A stretch of 64,000 nucleotides of DNA from positions 107,074,001-107,138,000 of the forward strand of contig OX597816.1 in assembly GCA_951406725.2 (NCBI GenBank), read 5' to 3'. Both the position numbers and the translations under genes were made by a program. Positions 42,596-56,900 of the stretch are shown here, piece by piece. Position 1 is the stretch's first letter. Every line of letters starts with the position of its first letter. Source of the stretch: Octopus vulgaris. Its lineage: Eukaryota. Below the pieces are notes generated by a model that searched no databases, had not been told where the DNA came from, and worked only from the letters and a program-made list of their open reading frames with translations.

Positions 42596-45577
42596 AGATC
42601 ACATACCAAAGTAGCATCCTTTTCATTAATATTAAACGGAAGTAACAAAGTGACTATAGCGTAGGCTCGAAACGTAAAAGACTTTTTCATTTTTCCCGAG
42701 CTTCAAACTAATACACTTGCTTGTTGTTCATACACCTGTCTTTGTCATTCGTTTTTGTATAAATTTCAACTATATTTATATATATATATATATGTGTGTG
42801 TGTGTGATTTCACAGACAACTGTACTGCCAAGCAGACATGAAACCAACGGTGACTTTCTGATCAGTTATATGCCATAATAAAGAACATGCTACTCGACAA
42901 TATAGAAGTATAACTACTCAAATTTTCTTTTAGAGTGTTCTTTCTTCTGGTTTATGGGCATCTAACCGATATCTGTGTGCGAGGGGTGTGGGATCGATGG
43001 GTGAGTGTGCGTGCGTGATGTGTGTGTGCACGCTCATATATTTGTGCACGTATTTAATTAAGATTTTTCATCTTCTTACAACGCAGCCAGGTGTTTTGGC
43101 AATTTCTTTTATTGTCAAATTCAACGATCACTCAATCGGAATCTATAGCATTATAATCGTCGTCGTCGTTATCATCATCATCATCCTCTTCATCTTTTTT
43201 ACAGTTATTTCTTTTCCGAGCTGGCATCGCATGGACGGCAACTGTTGAGGCAGTATTCAATGGTCGGACTCTCTTCCTGTTGCCCATTCTTTTCTGTTTT
43301 TATTTTTCAAGCAGGATACTTTCAATTTCACTGGTCTTTATTTTACAATGGAACTTTGAGTTCTGGAGCATACTGCTCACAAGGAACGTAAACATTGTCA
43401 TCGTTTTTTACTCACACAGTGACAATGTGAAGAAACGCAGAAACACACTCACGCGCGCAAACAGACACACTCACACTCTTTCTTGTAGCAAAACAACACC
43501 TTTAGCTAAAGAGAAACTTCAAAAGCAATTCAAATAAAGGCAGGGAGAGGTCGGGAAGCTTTGTTGTGACTTGATAGCTTTCCTTCATGTAGCTCTTTGC
43601 TAGTTTATCTCAATATCACTTTCATACCCTCTCTCTTGCATGTTTACTCAGCCTCTCACTTCTTAGAATCCTCTGTCTGTCTATCTCTCTGTATCTCTTT
43701 GTATCTCTCTCTTCTTTCTCTCTAGTTCTCTCGTGTTTTTTCTCTATCTATCGGTCATTTCTTTGTCTCTTTTCTAATTCCGTAACTTTCTCCATTCATC
43801 ATTATCAACACCTACGTCACTGTTGGTGCCCGCTATTATAAAAACTAGCTGTTTATTTCTTACTTAGTTTAAGTTACTTGTTTTATCTCTTAGCAAAATG
43901 TAGATGTTGGAACTTTTGCACACACACACACACACAGATACACATTCACACACGCATTAACATGCACACACAACACATACACATATACACATTCACACAC
44001 GTACTTACATGCTCACACATATATACATATATTCACATACACACGTTTAACTATGTGTGTTTGTATTATATGCATAGTTTTATAAATGTACGGACTTTTT
44101 TCTCTTTCCTCTTTCTGACGAAGAACCATGCTCGAAACGTCACAACTAATCCTTTTCCTTCTTGAACTTTCACTCAGCGTCAATCTAATATATTCACTGT
44201 GTACAACTTTTTAACTTTTTGTCGTTTTTCTTGTTTTTGTTTTTATTTTTGATTTATATGTATATATGTGTATATGCGTGCGTGCTTGCGCGCGTTTGTG
44301 TGTGTCCAGAAGTCCAGATGTAGCCTAGAACTGCTGTTGAATTCACTGGCTCAACTAAGAATCCAGTGGCTCTTTCCTAAAAGTTATCTTTGTGTTACTA
44401 GTTAGACGTGGATGTGACTGAATATTGGACTGCCTGGGCAAATCAAGATCATGATGATGATCATCATCATTTAACACCTATTTTCCTTGCTGACTTGGGT
44501 TGGATAGTTTAAGAGGAATCAGCAAGCTACAAGGCCATGTTGAGCTCTAATGTCTGCTTTGGCATGGTTTCTGTGGCTGGATGCCCTTCCTAACACTAGC
44601 CACTTAACAAAATGTACTGGGTGCTTTCTTTTTGTGCCGCCAGCACCAGTGAGGTTACCAAGTACTTGCTAGACAAGAAAAGAACAGGAAGAAGGAAAAA
44701 AAACCCCTCTAACTAAATGGGAAATGGATGTTTGAGAAGAGAAGGGATGATAGTTCAAGCATGCATGTGCACACACGCACACATCTATATACGCACATAC
44801 CCGCAGGTTTGTGTGTATATAGATGTGTGCGTGCATGTGAGTATGTGTGTATACAGACGTGTTTTACTCATTGTTTTTTTTTACACTTTTCCCTGTATTT
44901 TTGCCTTTAGCCATGCTTCTTCTTGTGCATGTGCGTATATAGACGTGTGTATGAACTATATATGCGTGCGCGTATATAGACGTGTGCGGGTATGCGCGTA
45001 TATAGACGTGCGTGTGTGTGTGTGCGTGCATACGGGTATGTCGTATATAGACGTGTTTTACTCTTATTGCTTATATCTTTTTTTATACTTCTTTACACTT
45101 TCTGTATTGTTGCCCTTGGCCCTGTTTTTTTCTTGTGCTTGTGCGTATATAGACGTGTGTGTGTGTGGGGATTATATATATATACATATTTTTTTTTGCA
45201 AATGATGTGGGGGAGAATGTGTATGTTTCAAGTGAGGGTGGATGAGTGTATACTTATAGGCGCATGAACGTGGGTGTGCGGGCGCGCATGTGTAGGTATG
45301 GACATGCGCGCTTACGCGAATACTATGTATAATTTTACCTCCTTACTTTTACTCCCTCCCTTCACTTAGCGGTCATTCAAATAGCTCTTTTGTCTTAATA
45401 ACGGTCAATCACACAGTAATTTCTCTTTGGTTTAACGGTCATTTTCATGGCATTATTTTTTCCAATGACCGGATAACTGAAGGGATGGCAGCTTGGATTT
45501 CCACCTCGACATCCAAAACTCAGAGTTTTATCATGGCTACCAAATAATTGTCACATATTACCTTTACAGATATATAT

Positions 45578-45647
<70 letters not shown>

Positions 45648-46507
45648 TCTCTTCATGATTGAATGCTTTGTTGAATAATTCTGCTGTATTTTCTCATGCC
45701 TAAATATAACATTTTAAGTAAGAGAAACTGAATAAGGTCATGTTTAAGATATTAACATTATATGATGAACATATCTTTATTATCAAAGAATATTTTTAGA
45801 AAATTGCTGTCACAGCTCATTATAGCTATAGAATTCCAGAGGGGAATTAAATTTTAAAACATAATTAGTATGAACATGATTTTCTAATGGTTTCTTTCTC
45901 TTTTTTTTTTTGTTTTGGTTTGCTTTATGTTATAAAATACAATCATTTAAAGTTTTCAGATATAATTCCCTTTAGAATATTTTGGTAATATTTTAAATGT
46001 CAATAATGTATAACAGTAATTATATAAATGTAGGAATAATTGATATCTTTATTGCCTATAGCTCCTACATAATTTCCAGAACTGATTAACTACTGTCCTT
46101 TTGAAAGAGGAAATTTGTGAAATACCATTTTTGATAAGATGCAAAACCTCTACACCGGATGTATAACACAAAATCTTTTTTTTTTCTAGATCTTTGACCA
46201 AGATCAATCTGTTTTTGATTGCATAACTCTGATGGATGACATACAACAGTTGATATTTGAATGACAAAATGACATAGAAAATAAAACAATCTACTGACTT
46301 GTATGGGATACAAATATATACGTGGTTACATGAAATAAGGTGATCTTTGTTACTGTTTAACCTCCAGGTCAGCCTATAATCATTTAGCATTCACATTATT
46401 CTATCAAAAGTAAGACTTATTTATTCATACTGTTTTGAATTATTCATTCATTATCTTGTAGCTTTAAGATTTTGATGAGGTAACTGTTAATTTTTAGAAT
46501 AATATTG

Positions 46508-46912
46508 TAGGCGTAGGAGTGGTAAGTAGCTTGCTTACTAACCACATTGTCTCGGGTTCAGTCCCACTGCATGGCACCTTGGGCAAGTGTCTTTTACTAT
46601 AGCCTTGGGCTGACCAAAGCCTTGTGAGTGGATTTGGTACATGGAAACTGAAACAAGCCCATCGTATATATGCATATATATATATATATATGTGTGCGTG
46701 TGTATGTTTGTGTGTCTGGGTTTTTGTCCCCCCAATATCACTTGACAACTGTTGCTGGTATGTTTACATCCCCGTAACTTAGTGGTTCAGTAAAAGAGAC
46801 TGATACAATAAGTACTAAGCTTACAAAGAATAAGTCCTGGGGTCGACTTGCTCGACTAAATGCAGTGCTCCAGCATGGCCACTGTCAAATGACTGAAACA
46901 AGTAAAAAGAGT
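46508..46912 (+). mobile_element. Family-A SINE inserted into a TTAA-type MITE (~46380-47000)
   Basis: Complete head-to-tail SINE. The flanks rejoin to the MITE seen intact at 50190-50408. Confidence 0.85.
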
Positions 46913-47659
46913 AGGATTAAGGTGAGAGACCACATCTGGCCAGTTTGAACATAAAACAGGTAGAATATTTTGGCTGGAAATGGTCAGTTTAAATTCTAAA
47001 GAGATAACAAAATCATTGCAGTCATGATCACATTACAGAATATAGTGTGCCTTTTCTTTAAAGATAATAACATATGGTTTCAGTGTAACTTGGATGTTAT
47101 TTCTTGCAAGTCAAATAACCATGTAGAGTCCTCCATCATTGGCTCACTTACAAGCTTCCTTGTTAGCTCATAAGTTAATTCCTTTTAGAACTTGATCAAT
47201 GTTGCATAAAAATGTGTATGAGGAAACTTGGTTGAAAATTATAGGTGGAATAGTATTGTTTATAATTCACTTGATTGATTTGAAAATATCTTATTGATTT
47301 TTAAGCGATTGCTTTTAGATCACAAGGTTAGCTTTAGCAGCTGAACATCTTGGATTGGTTGATTGCAGTAGAAACAATAGAAAATTATATTTGATGGTAT
47401 TAGACTTGAATTTCTTGGCTGTTTAATAAAAGAAAAAAATTTTTTAAATAAACTAACATAACATGTGGTGCAAATAGATGAAACATGCTGAGTAAAGAAA
47501 AAAAATATAAATAGATGTGTGTGCTATTGGTGCAGGATGCTACATATATGGAAGATGAATGAGAATGAGATGTGAGCAGAAGTGGTTGTTGCATCACCTC
47601 ACATATGATGAAACATTGAAATGGGTGGTAACATGCACAGAGAAAATGGACATTGGAAT

Positions 47660-47940
47660 TATAATGATAATGATGATGATGATAATAATAATGATAATGA
47701 TGATGATGACGATGACAATGATGACAGTGGCATTGCTGCTACTGTTGCTGCTACTACTGCTGCTGCTGCTGGTGATAATGATAGTGATGATGATGGCTAC
47801 AGCCAATTATGCTGCTACAGCCAATGATGGCAATGGTGGTGCTGCTGCTGTTGATAATGACAATAATAATGATAATGACACTGGTGTAGATGATAATGAT
47901 GATGATAAAGAGGAGTAGGAGAAGCAGTAGGAGGAGGAGG
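47660..47940. repeat. Compound trinucleotide microsatellite (GAT/TAA/TGC/GGA)
   Basis: Directly visible. Similar tracts occur at 52068-52285 (CAT/CAG/CAC) and 55025-55275 (CCT/CTT). Confidence 0.9.
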
Positions 47941-48489
47941 ATATTGGTAGTGATGTATCAGAAACAATAGAACATTAGATTAAATGTGTTATGGTTTTTG
48001 GTTTCATTTGCCTACATTCGTTGTTGTTGTTGTTGTTGTTGTTGTTGTTACTGCTGTTATTTAGGCCCTAGGTCAGTACTGTTCTTATGATCAAAAGTAT
48101 AAGTATTCTAGCTCTGATCCTCCAGTCCATTTTCTTTTTTGTCAGATATAATGTATTTAAGACTACATTTTCAATGAAAAAAAAAGGCATTGGGGGGGGG
48201 GGGGTGATGCATAACCTGCATGCAGATAAATTTTTTCACAAGTTATAGTGTGGCTTACAATTTGTTGCTTACCCACACTTTTTAATTGAGCTGAAGTAAT
48301 TTTTTTTTTAAGTATCACCATTACAGGTGCTTATACTCTGGTGAAATTAAGAAATCAACTCATAAATAAATGAAACCCTCTAATCCATCACTGTACACAC
48401 ACACACACACATCTATGTATGTATTTATGTATGTTTGAAGATAAGCCAAATCAACTTGTAAATGAATGAAATCCTCTAATCCATCACTG

Positions 48490-48568
<79 letters not shown>

Positions 48569-48939
48569 CTATGTATGTACCAACATGTGTCTATGTGCAT
48601 CGGTACACATGCAGACGAAGGTCAATTAATATGAAAAAACAAGTGAACAAGATGAAATACTTAGAGAGAAAATATTGCATAGAATTTAAGTGTTTTCAAC
48701 ATCTTTCAATGATGGCAGGTGAATCAAATGTACTGTAGTTTGTTGTAGGATATAGATAATATGACCACTTATCAGGAAATTTGTAAGATCGATTTAAAAA
48801 AAAAAATTTTTTTAAGTATCACCATTACAGGTACTTATACTCTGGTGAAATTAAGAAATCAACTTGTAAATAAAGGAAACCCTCTAATCCATCACTGTTC
48901 ACACACATCTATGTATGTATTTATGTATGTTTGAAGATA

Positions 48940-49105
48940 ATCAAACCAAATTTTCATAATTTTGAGTCACTTACCCAATGAATATTGCTGCCAAATTTGG
49001 TGAAAATCCGTTCAGCCGTTTTCTAGTAATTTTGCAAACACACAGACAAACAGACAAAGATGAGTGATTACAATACCTTACTTTTGCTTACATGCGCAAG
49101 GTAAT
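48940..49105 (+). mobile_element. Helentron/HINE-like repeat fragment
   Basis: CCAAATTTGGTGAAAATCCGTTCAGCCGTTTT..ACAGACAAACAGAC..AATACC resembles Helentron-associated interspersed elements. Confidence 0.4.
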
Positions 49106-49784
49106 AAGTTTGTATATATTTTTAAAGAGAATAAACTTCATGGAATTTAAGATAAATTTAGTTGCTATTTGTAGCTTGTCGAGTGTCAGCATGGAGACTC
49201 TCTTAATGGTGCCTATCCATGAAAATCCCATTTTGAAGTGTTAGTAATATCCTATTATTTTTTAATAGTAAGGTCAATTTATTAATTATGATCCCTACCT
49301 GCCCAAATTAACCTATAATGCTTAAATGAAGAACTAATATTAGTTTCAAAGTTTGGTGTAAGGCCAGAAATTTCAGGAGAAGGGGCAAGTCGATTACATC
49401 GACCCCCCACTACTCTACTGGTTCTTATTTTATTGACCCTAAAGCAAAGTCAATCTCAGGAGGGTTTGAACTCAGAATGTGAGGATGGACAAAATGCCAC
49501 TAAGTAATTTGCCAGGCACACTAACGATTCTGCCAGCTTGCCACCTTGCCACCTTGCAAAGATCTAATGTTACTACAATCTCACATGTAATCTTCCTTGT
49601 CGTTTCTCTATCTGCCAAAAATAGCAGCCAAAGTTCCCTCAAATCTTAGAAATAGATACATCTGATAACCTGGTCCAGGGTTTCCTGCACATACATCGAA
49701 GACTGGAATGACCACCAGCTGGTATACCTTTGATGATGGGTGCATATACCCAGGGTGACCTGCAGTTAAACAATAACAACAACT

Positions 49785-50185
49785 GGCACTTGAGCCCCAT
49801 GCTAGTAGGGTGCTAAGATCACCATCCGAGTGTGATCGTTGTCAGAGCGGCTAACTGGCTTCTATGCCGGTGGCACGTAAAAGGCACCATTCGAGCGTGA
49901 TCATTACCAGCATTGCCTTACTTGCACTTGTACCGGTGGCATGTGTAAAAAGATTCGAGTGTGGCTGTTGCCAGTACCGCCTGACTGGCTGCCATGCCTG
50001 TGGCACGTAAAAGCATCCACTACACTCTCGGAGTGGTTGGTGTTAGGAAGGTCATCCAGCTGTAGAAATTCTGCCAGATCAAGATTGGAGCCTGGTGCAG
50101 CCATCTGCTTTGCCAGCCCTCAGTCAAATCGTCCAACCCATGCCAGCATGGAAAATGGACGTTAAATGATGATAATGATGATGAC
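49785..50185 (+). mobile_element. RTE-tail-like short retroelement with (GAT)n tail
   Basis: Repeated GGTGGCACGTAAAA modules, then GGTTGG.GTTAGGAAGG.CATCCAGCTGTAGAAA..CCAACCCATGCCAGCATGGAAA..GTTAAATGATGAT. Copies at 55880-56270, 56505-56643, 51070-51340, 44450-44660(-), 57040-57240(-), 62360-62520. Confidence 0.7.
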
Positions 50186-50189
50186 TACA

Positions 50190-50408
50190 TTAACCCGTTA
50201 ACATTCAGATTATTCTGTCAAATGTAATGCATATTTATTCACATTGCTTTGTATTAATCATGTATTGTAGCTCTGAGATTTCAATGGTGTGATTGTTTTT
50301 AGAATAACATTGTAGGGTAGGTGTAAGAGGCCAGATCTGGCCAGTTTAAACATAAAACAGGTAGAATATTTGGGCCTGATACGGCCAGTTTGAATGCTGA
50401 AAGGTTAA
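50190..50408. mobile_element. TTAA-flanked MITE (piggyBac-like)
   Basis: Starts TTAACCCGTTAACATTCAGA and ends TTTGAATGCTGAAAGGTTAA, imperfect TIRs with TTAA ends. Three copies in the window. Confidence 0.7.
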
Positions 50409-51301
50409 GATATGATGGCACGAAACTAATGTCAATTCTTTGCTTAAGCTTTAAATGCCAATTAATTTGGGCAGGCAGGGGTCATAATTAGTAAAACTGA
50501 CCCCACTATTTTAAAAATAAATGATAGGATATGATTAACACTTAAGAAAGGCTTGTACTAAACTGATATGAACACTTGTTAATGAATGGATGGGAGGAGT
50601 CTATACTGTTGAGCTAGAAATAGCGACCACATTCTCTAAAATCATATTTCTCTGGTGTTTGAAAACAGAAAGGACACATTTGACAATGTAGTCCTAGATA
50701 CTGTATTTGATGATCAAGAATATGCACAGCATATTAGACGCAACCCAATTTCAGTAACCCCATTCATTTTGGTAGTCTGCCCCACCCCAACACTTATTTA
50801 TCTTCCCATACAATCTTACAAACCACCCATCCACCTACCCACATCTACTCAGCTTTTGCCTTGTGGGGCCACCTGGGTGACTTAACACCATTCAATGCTT
50901 TACAGCTCCTACTGATCAATCCCCACCCACTGTTTTTTTACCCATACTAGATGTGAGTAACCATGCAGGTCTCTCTGTAGGAATCTTCTCTGCCTCACCT
51001 TACTCATAGTAATCCTCTCATCTCCAAGCATGAAGCTAACCACTCATCTGTCCCAGAGCTCATAATACTGTGAATTGCATGGTGACCTGAATAGTGCAGA
51101 TGGCACAAACAAAAATACCGAAAAACCCACCCAGTCCATGCTGTAATGTGGTCAGCAGTAAGAAAGGCATCTAACCAAAGAATAAAACAAAAAACCTATG
51201 CTAAAGCAGACTTTGGAGTTTGATGCAGTCCTTGGATACATCAGTTTCCTGTCAAACCATCCAACGTATGCCAGCATGGAACATGGATGTTAAATGATGA
51301 T

Positions 51302-51344
<43 letters not shown>

Positions 51345-52929
51345 GCTTTCAAATTTTGGCACAAGGCTAACAATTTCAGGGGAGGGATAAGTCAATTACA
51401 TCAATCCCAGTGCTCAACAGGTGCTTAGTTTATCGACCCCAAAAGGATGGAAAACAAAATCAACCTTGGTGGATGATGATGATGATATAATCAAGGTATA
51501 ACAGGTGTAGCCATTATTTCGAACTCACTAAGTCATTAATATAGTTTTTAACCTATAAGTTGCTGTGCTTTTATAATTCCTTTTAAGTGATGTGAATTTT
51601 ATTTAAATATCATTGAGTTTGGTATTTAATGGTAATGGCAATTGTTATACGCCTACATATAATTCTTTACCATTTCTCCAAATGTCCATCATAGATTTCC
51701 AATAAAGAATTTAATATCAAAGCTATCAAAATTCTCCCTTACAGCATGAGTTCCATTGAGTTTGGAAATGGTATCTTAAAGAGAATCAGTCTTTATGATC
51801 TTTTGGCTTTGATTCTCATCCAAAGGATTTCAAACTGATTCAAAAGGAAAGATTTTTAATTCAAAGGCCACTCACTTAAAGCTATCATCGAATTAAATCT
51901 GATATTCTTAATCTCTAGAAGATTATATAACTTTGAGAAGAAAAAGAGTTATAAAGTATTTACTAAAAGAACCGATTTCTTTACATTAACAAAAAAAAAA
52001 AAAAAAAAAAATAAGCTATAATTTCTTGGGGGTAACAACTACAAAATATAGATTATACTGTGTGTATATCATCATCATCATCATCAACATTATCGTCATC
52101 ATCATCAGTATCAGCATCACCATCACTACTGCTGCTGCCCCCTCCCCACCACTACCACCACAACTGCAATCACAATGACGTTGATGATAACGACAACAAT
52201 GACGATGGCCACCAGCAGCAGCAGCAGCAGCAGCTGCAGCAGCAGCAGCAGCACCACCACCACCACCACCACCATCATCATCATAATTTTACTCTTGCTT
52301 TTCCATGCTTGCATAGATTGAATGGGGTCTTCTCCAGTGCAATGTCATGCCACTTATTGCAGTCTTTTATCATTCCCTCATCCCTGTTGGAAGTCGTCCA
52401 GCTTCCTGATGTCAATCTTTCTATATCTTCTCATGTCTACCTTCGTCTTCTTCTACTGCATGCTACTTCTACATTGATTGCTTAGCAGTCCATCAATGCC
52501 TTTATCTGTCACAAAGATTTCTGTGTGTCTGATCAAACATCATTAAATTCACCATTCTCTGTGTAGTTGAGGAATTCATCTGTGGATTGTAATAGTTTCT
52601 GCTCAGCATGATGGACAAAATGCTTAGCAGTATTTCATCTGTTTTTATGTTCTGAGTTCAAACTCCACCAAGATCAACTTTGCCTTTTATCCTTTCAGGG
52701 TCCAATGAAATAAATACCAGTTGATCACTGAGATCCAGGTAATCAACTAGCTAGAAGGGATATGTTGATTGCATCAACCACAGTGCTCAGTTGGTATTTA
52801 TTTTATCGACCCCCAAAAGGAAGTTGGGCAAAGTCAATCCCAGCAGCATTTGAACTCAGAATGTAAAGTTGGTGGAAGACCTGCTTCTAAGCATGTTGTC
52901 CAGAGTGAACAAAATAATAATAAAAAGGT

Positions 52930-53250
52930 AAAGACCCCTCTGGTCATGAATGACCATGGGATTGCACCTAGAAAGTTACCCTCTGAGGCATAAGTCTGGG
53001 AAAGGTTGTTTATGGAAGACCAGCAGTCACCCATGCATACCAGCCTCCCCTCTCCATGCCACCAATGTTATCCAAGGGAAAGGTAAAGGCTGACACAGCT
53101 TGGTGCCAGTGATGTCTCAACTCATTTCTATAGCTGAGTGAACTGGAGCAACACAAAATAAAGTGCCTTGCTCCTGAACACAACATACAGCCTAGTCTAG
53201 GAATTGAACTCATTACCTCATGACTGTGAGCCCAACACTCTAACCACCTT
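52930..53250 (-). mobile_element. Family-C SINE, near complete
   Basis: Homologous to 146-420 but with most CpGs converted to TG/CA. Confidence 0.8.
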
Positions 53251-53594
53251 CACTAAAATAATAATAATAATAATGATACAAATGATTAATTTATTTGCTG
53301 TTGGGGCACCAGATGGTAGTGATAGGAACATTACAATAACAGTTTACAATTTGTGTAGGGATTTACATAAAAAAATGAGGGTAAAGAAAGGGACAGGAGG
53401 ACAAAATGAGATAAAAGTATATATAACATATGAAGTATATGAACAGATGAATGATGCAGTTCTCCTGATACAGGTGAACCTACAACTAGAGCCAATCAAG
53501 GAACCACACAGATCCAAGATCACCCTGACTACTTGGCCAACTGTTGTTCTCCAGTCTGTAGGTATGGACCTCTATACACTGACACATAAATGGA

Positions 53595-53995
53595 ACATGA
53601 CTGTAAGATAAGAAACTTACTTCCCAACCACATGGTTCTAGGTTCAAGTCCACTGTGTAGCAACTTGAGCAGGTGTCTTTAATTATAGCCTTGTGCTGAC
53701 CAAAACCTTGTGAATGGATTTGGTGGATGGAAACTGAAAAGAAGCCCATCATGTGTGTGTGTGTGTGTGTGTGTGTATCTCTGTTTGTGTTTGTTCTCCA
53801 CCGCTGCTTGACAACAGGTGTTGGTGTGCTTACATCTCCATAACGAAGCAGTTCAGCAAAAGAGACTGATAGAATAAGTACCAAGCTTAAACAAAAAAAA
53901 AAAAAAACGTACTGGAGTCAATCCATTCAACTAAAAATCTTTGAAGGCAGTGCCCCAGAATGACCACAGTCTAATGATTGAAACAAGTAAAAGAT
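53595..53995 (+). mobile_element. Family-A SINE
   Basis: Full head-CORE-microsatellite-tail layout. Further copies at 58295-58570, 59462-59890 and 61849-62170. Confidence 0.85.
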
Positions 53996-56900
53996 AGAAG
54001 ATAAAAGATAATGACTGGAATACAGAGAAAGAGATGAAAGAGAGAGAGAGAGGGGGGAGAGGAAGAGAAGAGAAGAGGAGGAAATGGATGGTAGAAGAGG
54101 GAGTAAAAGACAGAGAGGAAAGTCAGGGCCAAGAGTCACAGAGAGAAAAATGCATGTTAATAGGTGTTGCAAACTCAGCCTAAGAAAACATATCCCCAAA
54201 AGGATTAGGTAAGCTATTTTAAAATAAAGATGTAAAAATAGAAAGGACTAAAATGTGTAGATAGTGGTGGAGGTGGAGACTGATAATTCTAAGAGGCTAA
54301 ATAACATTATGTGCAATGCTGCATAATACAAATAAGACATAAATACACACACACAAGGCAGCAGGGTATACGCCCACATGTATATTTAAAAAACAGAGAA
54401 AGAACCAGCATTGCATGAGCCAATGAAGGAGCTCTGGTATGGTTGCCTGTACATGTGAAAATAGCAGCTAAATCTCCTTTATATCACATTCTATCATCTT
54501 AAATAAAAAAAAATTAATGGTATAGTGGCTTGAACTTGTGGAACTAGCAGCTAAATCTCCTTCATGTCACATTCTATCATCTTAAATAAATAACAATGGG
54601 ATACATTGGATAACATACCAGCAAAAATTGTATGACTTTGATGTCAAGAATTTAGAAATTTTGGGAATATAAAATAATTCTTTTTAGGAACAGTGAATTT
54701 TGAAGCAAGTAAAGTCATAAATAATGATGTGTAAATATCAGGTTAAAACCCCCTTTATATATATATATATGTATGTATGTGTGTGTGTGTGTATGTATGT
54801 ATGTATTTTAGGTGCTTGCATAGCTGTGTGGTCTAATAGAGCATGGCTACAGTATCAGGGCTAAACAAATAAATGATTAACTTTGTTTCTTTTATGAATA
54901 TTTCTCTGTAGTCTACTAGTTACTACAGGGCCAGCAAGCAATAGTCTAGGCTATAGGTTGGCTGGATCTGTAAATACTTGGTGTTATTTACTTCACTTGT
55001 TTGACCAGAAAATAACATAAAATATCCTCCTCCTCGTCGTCCTCCTCCTCCTTGCCGTCGTCCTCCTCCTCATTCTCCTCCTTGTTCTCCTCCTCATTCT
55101 CCTCCTTGTTCTCCTCCCCATTCTTCTCCTTGTTCTCCTCCTCATTCTTCTCCTCGTTCTCCTCCTCATCCTCCTCCACATCCTCCTCATCCTTCTCGTC
55201 TTCTTCCTCATCCTTCTCATCGTCCTCCTCCTCTCCTCACCTCCTTCTCGTCATCGTCCTCCTTCTCCTTCTCATCATGCTCCAAGAAATTCATGTATTA
55301 TGTAGTCTCAGTCCATTTGTTGGAATTATTTTGGTTGTTCTAAACTGTATTGCTGACATAAATGCTTTTAAGTGTATCTTGTGAGAAACCATTTCCCTAG
55401 CAACTGTAATCTCTTCATACCAAGAAATCCTTGAAACTGTTTCTCTGCTAGTTAGTTTTCTTCAATTCTTTCTCAAGTATTTTTGGCATCCCTGCTGCCA
55501 CTTGTCTAATCTACAGAAAATCTCTGATGCTTTTTGCCATTATTTTTGTATATTACTATACCGACCAGACTACTGATGCGCTTCCTCACACTGTTGTAGC
55601 TTTCAAATGATGCTACCCCACTGGCTAGGTGAACTGGCCAACATTTCTCCTAAACAGAAAGCCAGTCCATCACAGAGTTAACCATTTACTCCTGAGTGGA
55701 TTTGGAGCAATGTGAAATGAAATGCTTTGCTCAAGAACACAATGATACACCACCTGTCTTGGAATTGAAATCATGGTCTTGTGATTGTGAGTGCAATGCT
55801 TTCACCACTAGGTTGTGTGCTTTCACATTTGCATATAAATAGAGTAAAAGGCAAAATTTATAATTTGGGTCTATATGCTGTCTGGCTTCCATGCCGGTGG
55901 CATGTAAAAAGCACCCTTTGAGCGTGATCGTTACCAGCGTTGCCATACTGGCACTTGTGCTGGTGGCACATGAACAAAACATTTGAGCAAGGTCGTTGCC
56001 AGTGCCACTGTACTGACTCCTGTGCAGGTGGCACGTAAAATAAACCATTTGAGCGTGGCCATTGCCAGTACTGCAAGACTGGCCCTCATGCCGGTGGCAC
56101 GTAAAAGCACCCACTACACTCTTGGAGTGGTTGGCGTTAGGAAGGGCATCCAGCTGTAGAAACTCTGCCAGATCAGATTGGAGCCTGGTGCAGCCATCTT
56201 CTTCGCTAGTCCTCAGTCAAATTGTCCAATCCATGCTAGCATGAAAAGGGGACGCTAAATGATGATGATGGAACCACACTATCCAATTTGTTTGCAGTCT
56301 TTTTATTTTTTAAGACAGATAGAAGTAATTTGAAAGAGAATTGCTGACTATTTCCTGCAAAGTAGACCAAACCCCCATGTAGATATTCTCTTTGTGTGTT
56401 CAATTTTGCTAAGTTGATAACTAAGGTTTAATGGCAAAATTGATACCCTGCATTGCATAGCATGTTGGAGAAGGAAAACTGCTGGTTTTCAATCCTGTGA
56501 AGTAGTTGGCATTAGGAGGGGCATCCAGCTGTAGAAACTCTGCCAAATCAGATTGGAGTCTGGTGCAGCCATCTGGTTCACCAGACCTCAGTCAAATCAT
56601 CCAACCCATGCTAGCATAGAAAGCAGACATTAAATGATGATGATGTTGCTTGAGAAAAGAAAGGCATTGTCATCACTTTTGTCATTGTAATAATTGTCAT
56701 CTTTATCATCATCATTGTTATCATCATTATTGTCATCGTCATTGTCATTCTTATTGTCATCATTTTCCATGCTTGCTTGCATGGGTCAGAATATGTTGAG
56801 ACAGATTTTCTATGGCTGGATGCCTTTCCTGTCACAGACCTTCACCTGTTTGTAAGTAAGGTAATATTCCCCCCCTGCCTCCCTAGCTAGACACATTGTC

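Noticed and set aside
46049-46230. Possible minus-strand terminal exon (SYAIKNRLILVKDLEKK..)
   Set aside because: No recognisable homology, weak acceptor, and no partner exon found. It cannot be supported without RNA-seq.
47559-47918. Low-complexity ORFs (poly-M/L/D); also 52060-52485 poly-Q/H and 54988-55384 poly-E/S
   Set aside because: They coincide with trinucleotide microsatellites and run into repeats, with no splice or homology support.
51660-51930. Coding-like minus-strand stretch (..AVRENFDSFDIKFFIGNL*W..); similar at 55290-55540
   Set aside because: In-frame stops. At best very old TE debris that cannot be assigned.
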